The notes under the pieces are model-generated. The model saw nothing but the letters and a program-made list of their open reading frames with translations. It searched no databases and was not told where the DNA came from. From positions 18,370-82,369 of the forward strand of contig CAXHJY010000129.1 of assembly GCA_964016885.1 (NCBI GenBank): a stretch of 64,000 bases of DNA. The letters are read 5' to 3'. This DNA is from Eledone cirrhosa. Its lineage: Eukaryota. Shown piece by piece: positions 54,836 to 64,000 of this stretch. The position numbers and the translations under genes were made by a program. The first letter of the stretch is position 1, and every line of letters begins with the position of its first letter.

Positions 54836-55161
54836 GAGGGATGTATGGAAATACTACTATGCAAGGTTGCTGAACTAAAAGAATGCATACATATATGCAG
54901 AGAAATGCTAGCAATGAGCTCACTGAGGAATTTAGTGAAAAGGTTTAACACTTTTGATAGCAAACCAGTTGAAACGAACACTGGTTCTAGGAAACAGAAT
55001 TGTTTATTTTAATGTATTTATCGAAAATTCTTCTATCATAATCTTCTTTAATAATATTTATTATGTTCTAAACATCTGTTTAATAATGAGACAGATATTC
55101 TATTAAATTCTTCCAAATTCTTGATTTATTTTCAAAATCATATGAAAAGTATATTCCAAGC

Positions 55162-57611
55162 GTGCCCAGGGACGCCACACACCCCACCCTCAGGTACCCC
55201 CTATCCTCCACCCCCGAGGCCAGCGCCAATCGTTTGCGTGACCAGGTAAACGCAAAGCTTATCATGGGTGATGTCTCGGCCGCAGTCAGAATTGTTGCCT
55301 CAGAGAACACTGTCCTCCAACCCACCAAGGAGATCCTGGCTGCTCTGCGGCCCAAACACCCTGAGCCACCCACTGATCTTAGACCTATACCCCCACCCGC
55401 CCCCCACCTACTCCTTGTGGCTACTGATGCAGATATCATGTCCGCCTTCAGGTCCTTCCCAGCTAGCAGCTGCGGAGGTGTTGATGGTCTCCGACCAGGC
55501 CACCTCAAGGAGTTGACATCCCCCCTCAGCACTGAGGCCGGGCACCGCCTTCTGAGTGCAATTGTGATGCTTACCAATAGGCTCATTCATGGTGCCCTCA
55601 ACCCTTACGCCCGAGGCCTCTTTTTTTCGGCCAGCCTCACTGCTCTCAGGAAGAAAGAGGGTGGCATACGCCCCATTGCTGTGGGCAATGTCTTCTGGAG
55701 GCTGGCTGGCAAGATGATCTGCAAGTCCGTCACACATGAACTGGGTGAGGAGTTTAGTCTGGTGCAACTGGGTGTCGGCGTGTCCGGTGGCTGTGAGGGA
55801 GCCTCTCATGCAATCAGGCAGTTCTTCAGCAGCTGTCCATCGGTACCGGCATCCAGGGACTCCAGGCACCTCATTGTAAAGATTGACATGAGGAATGCCT
55901 TTAACTTTTTATGCCGGGATCATCTGCTCGAGGCCTGCCTCAGCCGAGCCCCCTCTGCCTACCCGCTGGCCTACCTGTCATATGGAGCCCTGAGCATGCT
56001 CCTAGCTGCTGATACGGTCATACCCTCGGCTACTGGGGTCCAACAGGGCGACCCTTTGGGAACCTTCCTGTTCGTCCTTGGTATTGACCACATCGCCCGG
56101 AGTATTACGGCCCCTCTCAACGTTTGGTATCTGGATGATGCTACGTTGGGCAGGCCCGTATGGACGGTCTGCCAAGACCTTCAATCGGTGATTCCTGCCC
56201 TGGCAGGAATCGGCCTCCAGGTCAACTCGGCCAAGTCAGAGGTGGTGAACGTCAGCCTTGATGCTGTGAGCTTTGCAGCCTCCGTCTTGGACGTGCGGTC
56301 CCTTCTCCGCCAGGTTCAGGTGACCCCTCCAAAGAGGATGTCCTCATCCTTGGGTCACCGATCCACCCACTCCACCATCAGGTCCAGGCTTCAACAGCTC
56401 CAGACTCTCACGAGCCGACTAGGCTTGATTGACGGCCACCCAGCTCTGTTTCTGCTGAGGAACTGCTTCGCCATGCCGAAGCTCCTCTATACACTCTCCT
56501 CGCTGACCTCGATACTTGTATCCGAGCAGCAGCTGAGGGGATATGCAACGTCAAGTTTGACGACATAGGGTGCCAACAGGCCACTTTACCGGTCAGGTAT
56601 GGTGACCTAGGCCTCCGGTCCCCGATCTCACTAGCTTTGCCGGCGTATCTTTCGTCAGTAACCTCGTGCCGCGTCCTCGTCAGCAGGGTTCTTCAAAACA
56701 CAACAGAACCCTCTGTGTTTAGAGAACGTGAGGCCGCCTGTGAGACATGGGACCGGCTGGGACTTAGCCCAGTAGACGTCCCTCCTCCTTCTTCCCCTGT
56801 TGACGTCAAGTCTCCCCAACGCACTTGGGATGCCATCCAATGCAGCCTGGCCTCAGACAGGCTTACGTACCAGCTCGACCGGCACTGCCTTGCTTGTTTT
56901 CGTGCGGCCTCCAAACCCCACAGTGGTGCCTGGCTCCATGCTCTGCCCTCCTTCTCCACTGGCACGCAGCTAGACAACCATAGCCTGCGAATCGGCATTT
57001 CCGTGAGGCTCGGCCTCCGGATCTGCCAGCCACACCAATGTCGCTGCGGTTCCACCGTGGACTCTTTCGGCCTCCACCCGCTTTCCTGTTGCCACAGTGC
57101 CAGCCACATTCCATGCCATACTGCCCTCAACGAGGTCATTAAGCAGGGCTTGGATGCTGCAGGCTTCTCTTCCCAGCTCGAGCCGGTGATGCTGGATCGA
57201 GGGGACGGCAAAAGGCCAGATGGCATGACCATCTTCCCATTCCGCGGTGGCAAACCCCTCGTCTGGGATGCCACTTGCACCGACACTTTCTGCAGCCGCA
57301 ACCTGGTGCAGTCTGTGACTGACCCAGGTTCTGCTGCACGTCCGGCTGAGGGGGCCAAACTCCTCAAATACCGGTCGCTCTCCGACAGGTTTTCGGTCGT
57401 TCCCCTGGCAGTGGAAACTTCTGGTGTCCTCGGCCCCAGGGCTACCTCCTTACTCACCACCATAGGCGCTAAGCTGGCCAGCCGTAGGTGTGAGCCCCGC
57501 GAGTTGGAGTGGCTTTTCCAGCGCGTCTCCCTTGCTGTCCTCCGGGGAAACGCCTTCTCTATTCTGTCCGCCGGGGCTGTGGGTGGGCCCCATAGCATAC
57601 CATTACATTAG
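55162..57611 (+). mobile_element. CRE-clade non-LTR retrotransposon (RT + restriction-like endonuclease), 5'-truncated, frameshifted
   Basis: GGIRPIAVG, QLGVG..GGCE, KIDMRNAFN, GVQQGDPLG, WYLDD, SGAWL.A.P, C.CG...D..G.H.LSC, KRPDG, WDATC.DT, PLAVETSG..G. Confidence 0.93.
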
Positions 57612-58056
57612 TTAAATACCATTCTTTCATCTCATACATATATATAACTACCAACATATAGTACTTCAATTAATTAATTAACATTGTGAGAGCTCAAACA
57701 GATATGCAAATTTAACAGGCCAATTTAGTTCTCTCTGAGTGTGCATATACTATAAATAGCTATAATCTATTATCATCACTATGATCAAGGAATGAATAAT
57801 CAATTGCTGATCAATTATTAATCAATGCCAATACTATTTAGATTGATTTTTGGGGGAGGGACACCGGGTCTACTTTTCTAAGCAAGGCTAAAATGTATGC
57901 TTACTGAAAAAAATTCTTGTAAATTTTACCTTATATTTTTATGCATACATATGCATATATATTTAGACACACACACAAACACACTTATTTATACATATTT
58001 ATTTACGTATTTATTTATAGTAATAGAAATCAACATCTACATAGACAAACACACTC

Positions 58057-59376
58057 ATCATCATCATCATTTTACATCCGCTTTTCACTGCTTGCAAGGG
58101 TTGGACGGGTCCTATTCAGCACAGCATTTCTGCACTTGTCACGGTCCTTCGTCATCTCCTCAGTGATTTTCAGCGATTTGAGATCTGCTCTCACCACCTC
58201 CGCCCATGTTTTTTGTGGTCTACCTCTACTGCATCTTCCTTCTACTGGGATTTCTTGGTACTTCTTTACCCAGCAGTCATCCTCCATGCACATCACATGT
58301 CCATACCATCTCAGCCTTCTCTCCTGCACACCACAACTTATCCCTCTTATACCCAGTTTCTTTCTCAACTCGTCTATGCTTGGTCGTTCACGCACATTAG
58401 CATTGCACATCCAATCGCCTAGGTACTGGAAGCTATCAACCACTTCTATAGAACCCACCTGCATTGGAAACATGTGTCTATCACTGTGATTACTACTGCC
58501 AACTTTCCCTGTACATCTACTGCATACGTAGTTTTCCCTACCTGTTAGTTTGCCTGCTATCCCACTACATCTCTTGTGTACCCAGGATCAGCATTGTGTA
58601 CAAATCGAACATGGCCATTTCCCTGGTGGAATCAGAGTATTGTCCTCTCTTCTACTTATCAACACTTTTGTCTTAGCTTGGTTCACTCTCAGTCCTCTTG
58701 CTTGCAACTGCTGTTTCCATAGCAAGAATTTATTCTCTAGCTCCTCTACTGATTCTGCTATAAGAACCAGATCATCAGCATAGAGAAGTTCCCATGGGCA
58801 TCCAGTCTTAAACTCATCTGTTTTGGCTTGGAGGACTATAATGAACAAGAACGGGCTGAGGACTGAACCCTGATGTACACCTACTTGTATCTGGAATTCC
58901 TCACTAAACTCCATACCTACTCTCACTTTACTGACAGTACCTCTGTACAAAGCTTGCACTGTCCTCACAAGCTATTCCTCTACACCTAGTTTCCTTAGGG
59001 ACCACCAGATGACAGATCGGGGTACCCTATCAAAGGCCTTCGCTAGGTCAACAAAAGCTAAGTATAGTAGCTTATTCTTCTCTAAGAACCTCTCTTGAAG
59101 TTGCCTCCCTAAGAAGAGGGCATCCTCTACACCTAGTTTCCTTAGGGACCACCAGATGACAGATCGGGGTACCCTATCAAAGGCCTTCGCTAGGTCAACA
59201 AAAGCTAAGTATAGTAGCTTATTCTTCTCTAAGAACCTCTCTTGAAGTTGCCTCCCTAAGAAGAGGGCATCTGTTGTACCTTTCCGAGGCACAAAACCAA
59301 ACTGCATCTCATCTAATTTGACTTTCTCTAATCAGTTGCGCTAATATTCTCTCTGCCACTTTCATAACCTGATCCC
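58057..59376 (-). mobile_element. RTE LINE 3' fragment (second subfamily) with internal deletions and a 147-bp tandem duplication
   Basis: QFGFVP, GVHQGSVLSPFLF, LLYADD, RLRWYGHV, and an (ATG)n tail. Confidence 0.95.
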
Positions 59377-61901
59377 TATTTACGTATTTGTATTTATGGT
59401 AATAGAAATCGACACACACACATATGTAATTTATTTGAAATATTTAATTCATATTGAGAATTCTGTAATGAATATTTTTTGTTGAATACAATACAGATTT
59501 TATTTGGAAAGTTTTCTCTTTATTTCAAAATAACAATTATAGTATTAACTTGGATTTCTTTTCTATTAACATTTTCTGATAAACAAAAAGTGCTACCATT
59601 GAAATTATTTCCTCATTCAAGTGCTGGCAATGCAAATAAAACATAACACTGTGTTTGAAAGTCTGGTTTCTTAAATAATTGTAAATAACACTTGGATTTA
59701 TTTTTTTTAAATGTGAAGGACAACCCAGTCATTAATCCTTTAGCATTTACATTACTCTATATTTACTATTGTATTTTTGCAGTAAAGGCGTTATCTCACA
59801 TAATTGTCTTACATAATATTGAATCTATGAGATTTTGATATTATTTATTTTGAGATCAATGCCTTAACATCAGTATAAGCAGCCAGTTACAGCCAGTTTG
59901 AACAGAAAGAGGTGAGAGAATCCTGGCTGGTTATGACTGAACATACATGCTATTGAACTAAATACTTTTTTCCAATCCAATCCAATCCATTCTCACTCCT
60001 GTTGGAGGAATCCTCCCTGGTTGACTCCCACCACTTTCTACTTGGTTTAGGTTATGTCTTCAGAGTTGTTGCCATACTCACCACACTTTTTCAATTGCGG
60101 GTTAGTGAGACTATTTATCCCATAGTTGGGGAGGTTGCCTAACAGCTTTTGTTTTTTGTGCTGCCACAGTTCCACTTACCCTCCTCACCAGAACAGTGTC
60201 TGGTGGAGGACCTGGTTTAGTCACTATGCGGGGTGGAGGGTGCCACTGACTCTGAGGAGCTCATCCACCCTTTTTATTAGAGTTCTTGTGTTTTATGCTG
60301 TAGTAGTTCCACTTACTCTCCTTACCTGAACAGGGTCTTGTGGGGGAACTGATTTAGTCACTGACCACTCAGCCATAAAGCAGGTTGTACTGGGTTACAT
60401 GGTACCAGTAGCAGGCAGAAGCCTGACCTTTATAAACCTTATCAGATCAAACATTTTTCTATTTTATTTAAAAACATTATTACACAATATTCCTAGTTGT
60501 ACACCTATCCCACGATTGCAGTATATTCAAGAAAGGAAACACTATATATGGTTTTAAACAGAAATGAACAGTGTTTGAAAATATAATATCTATTTTATTC
60601 AAATATTGAAAATAACAGGATCAATATTACTATAGTGTTTCCCCCTTGTTCTAGGGGAAAACATTTACATCTGTTACTTCAAAAATATTCTCTTGCTTTC
60701 CTCTATTTCCCAGCAGGAAACTTTAGCGAGAATGTTTCCCAATTAAGTTTAATAATGTTTAATGAGTTTTCACTTTGCCAGTGTAATTAATTAATCATTT
60801 TGTGAGAAAATTGTAAATAAAACATTCCACCATTGTAAACTCCCTCAACAGTTATAATTCTGTTTTTGTTCTCGTGATATAGATTGTTGATGTTATTCAA
60901 GGATTTTAGCATATATTCTGCTCTATAAATCGACTCTGTTCTTTTATGCTTGATTCAAAAAAATCTTCAAAGTTTTTGATTAACAATTGCACTTATGTGG
61001 AATGCTTAAGTTAATTAGTGATGAGAAAAATAAAATAATTACTTGTAAATAGGAAATTTTAATCAGTTTGTATCCATACTTAACTAGTGTAGCTCAAATG
61101 CATGAAGTATTTTGCTGTAAAAACCTTGTTTTTCTTTTCTAAAACAGTAGAGTACAGCTTAACTTCAGTAGAAGATACAAAGAAAACTATGAGCATTTGT
61201 CTTGCATATTGCAAATGAATTCTGAAAGGAAATGGTAGGTTCCTGCCATCTAGGTATTTGATAAAAAATATATCTGAAGTTAAATGTCTTTCTAGAGGCC
61301 AGTACACATTCTAACATGTCAATCCAATGAGAATATCAAATTATAATTGTATCTTGATAATAGAAACTCGTTTACTGCATTTAATTCACTTGGCCTTTGT
61401 TTCTCTATTAGTCAATTGTTACCATGTGTATGAGTTTGTAGATATGTGTGTGTGTCTTGACAACGCAATTAAATGCATTAATTTCTATTGGCATTTTATC
61501 CAGTAAAGCCGATAGCTGATATATCACTATGCCACTGTCTAGTTCACACTAATAAGAGTTCAGTTGCAATTATTGTCTCTGTGTAGCAGTGTTGGCTTTG
61601 TAAACAAAATTTACATCTGCCTTAAACTGTGAAAAAATGATCCATTGGCAATTAGTACAACAGTATTAAGAAACTTAAACAATCTTTCTTTATTTTTTAA
61701 AATCATTTCAACTTAGATTTTGAAACTAACGAAGATATAAAATATATATGAAGATATAAAATGAAAGTTCTTTGAAAGCTCAAATTTAGTTTCATGGCTT
61801 AAAATAAATACACATTGAATATTTTCTTGGATAGAACATAAGTCACAATGGCAGGTAGCTCTCCTTGAACTGGTGCTTACTCCCAACAGCTAGGTCAACT
61901 A

Positions 61902-62096
61902 AGGCAGAAATACATTTTGTCTAGAAACACAAGTGGCCAGCAGCAGATTTTGAACTTTTAATCAGTGAGCTGGTGGTCCAATAACATCCATTTCTACTTA
62001 ATATAAATGAATGTTATTGGACCACCAGCTCACTGATTAAAAGTTCACAATCTGCTGATGGCCACTTGTGTTTCTAGACAAAATGCATTTCTGCCT
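61902..62096. repeat. 92-bp inverted repeat with 11-nt spacer, probably in an old SINE
   Basis: 61902-61993 is the reverse complement of 62005-62096. Confidence 0.88.
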
Positions 62097-63922
62097 CAGC
62101 TGTATTTAGGAGGGAAAGTTTAGTTTTTTTATGTCATTCAGCATATCGCAATTTCAAGATGGGGGTCTTATAATCTGCTTTCTTCATTGTAAATTTTATT
62201 GAGTCAATAGAATAGTTTTTACAAATCCTTGTCAGAAAGCCATTTCATTTGTTCTTCATCATTTCCATATGTGGAAACCTCTTCGTAGTTACTCATCCAG
62301 CTAGAAAAAACTGCCAAATTGTTGTCATATCACACCTTACATTTTTTTAAAAGTCTGCATCAGATAACATAATCGTAGTTAGATAGTGTTTGAATAAAAA
62401 ATGAAATTTAGGTTGAACTGCCTTTGGTTATAGACCTCTTGATTAAGTTTGAGGTCTCCACCACCATGACTAAGCAGCTACAATAGCAGCAATGATTTAT
62501 AAATCACTTTCAAAAGTTAGAAAGAAAAATATGAACATTTGTCTTGTATAGTGCAAATGAATTCTGAAAGGAAATAGTAGGTTGCTCCCATCTAGCTATT
62601 TGATAATTATTTGAAAATAGAAATATTTAATTAGTTTTTACCTATACTTAACTGACATAGCTCATATAAGCTGCTCCCTTAAAGTGAAATTAAAGAGTTG
62701 TCCTCCAAATGCATGAACTATTTAAAAACCTTTTTTTTTCCATTTCTAAAACAGGGAGCTCATTCAGTAGAGTACAGCTTAGCTTCAGTCGAAGATATTA
62801 GAAAATTATGAGCATTTGTCTTGCATAGGAAATGGTAGGTTCCTGCCATCTAGCTATTTGATAAAAAAATATCTGGAATTAAGTGCCTTTCTAGAGGGCA
62901 GTACACATTCTGTTATGTCAATCCAATGAGAATATAAAATTATAATTGCATCTTATCAACATTACAACTATAAACATTACTGGATAAAATATCAACAGAA
63001 ATTAATGCATTTAACATTACAACAAGGCTGTCTTTCCAGTTATAGAGTTAAAACTTTGTGTTGAGGCTGAACACTGTAGACGTCCAAGCTGAAAGTATTT
63101 TAATGAGGCAATTCCTTTTTGTATTTCAGATATAATAACTTAATTCTCTGCCAATCTGACCATGAAATCAATATTACTCACTTATGAATATCTATTGTAT
63201 ATTTTTTCTGTTATAATTTCCTTTCACATCTAAGATGCCTTATAGATTCAAAATTAACGTTAGTACTAAACCCAGTACTTTATTTTATTGACTCTGAGAG
63301 ACTAAAAGACAAAGTTTAAGTGTTTAAGTTTAAAACATTTTGTTTCTTGTAGAATGATTCTGACAATAAACAGAAGGATCATATGTGGAAAATATGTTGA
63401 AACAGCACAATTCACCAGGCAGGGATGTAGTGTGCTGTGTGTCTCCCACCCCCTCTCCCTTTCTTTCGTTGCTTGACCCTTCTTTCGTTTTCTTTTTCTC
63501 CTTTTCGTTTTCTTTTTTTTCTTCCTTTTCTGTTCCCTTTAATGAGTGTTTTGATTTTTTAGATATTGATCAATGTATAATTGATTAATAAACTTGACTT
63601 AGTTGAAAAAAAAACCCCACCAAGGTAATTACTTCTGCTGTTCTAGAACTTTAGAAGTCATTTCTATAATAAAATATATATGCCTATAATCTTTCTTTGT
63701 TGTTAATGAAATCAATTATATTATAATGAATCCTGGGTTAACTGAGTCACTTCTTTCCACATTCAAATTGCTTTTAATGATGTTTGGAAATCTTTGTAAC
63801 AGTTGTATATTTTGTCTTTCACATTCTGACAATACTGATTGATCATAAGCATTCCATATCTGACCATCCCATTTTTGAGTGGTATTGAAAACTACATTAT
63901 CTGTCCTATCTTTCAAATATTA

Positions 63923-64000
63923 GTTTCTTATATAGGCACAAGGCCAGTGATTTTGGGGAAGGGGAAAGTCGATTAAATCGACCCCAGTGCGTGACTGGTA
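63923..64000 (-). mobile_element. 3' end of a Nin/Deu-like SINE, cut by the window edge
   Basis: GGCACAAGGCCAG...GGGGAAAGTCGATTAAATCGACCCCAGT, as in the other copies. Confidence 0.8.

Noticed and set aside
55080-57598. Long - strand ORFs (168, 153 and 301 aa)
   Set aside because: They are antisense shadows of the GC-rich CRE ORFs.
63716-63916. 66-aa ORF as a host exon
   Set aside because: No recognisable domain or convincing splice-site pair.

Overview
AT-rich, repeat-saturated animal DNA. It is probably from an octopod cephalopod, inferred from the (TA)n/(CA)n/(ATC)n microsatellites and the SINE and RTE families. The only host coding signal found is one 215-nt CUB-domain exon (+, 32426-32640, SOL-1-like), so most of the window is probably intron. 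The rest consists of: a ~7-kb 23-bp satellite; Penelope-like elements (PLEs) and pLTR-like units lodged in (TA)n tracts, many with 5' fold-back arms; a decayed Helitron with an intact 3' hairpin-CTAG end; seven RTE LINE fragments, most carrying a PHD-like finger; a GC-rich CRE-type retrotransposon; hAT MITEs; and tRNA-derived SINEs. Two features stand out. (1) The satellite monomer matches, at 24/25 nt, the sequence encoding motif B' (SPLLFIIVL) of the RTE reverse transcriptase in this same window. (2) About ten minimal hammerhead-ribozyme motifs from several unrelated families are present, some in tandem or circularly permuted retrozyme-like units. One of their helices coincides with the centre of a spacerless 250-bp palindrome. 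Coordinates of decayed repeats were read by eye and are approximate.
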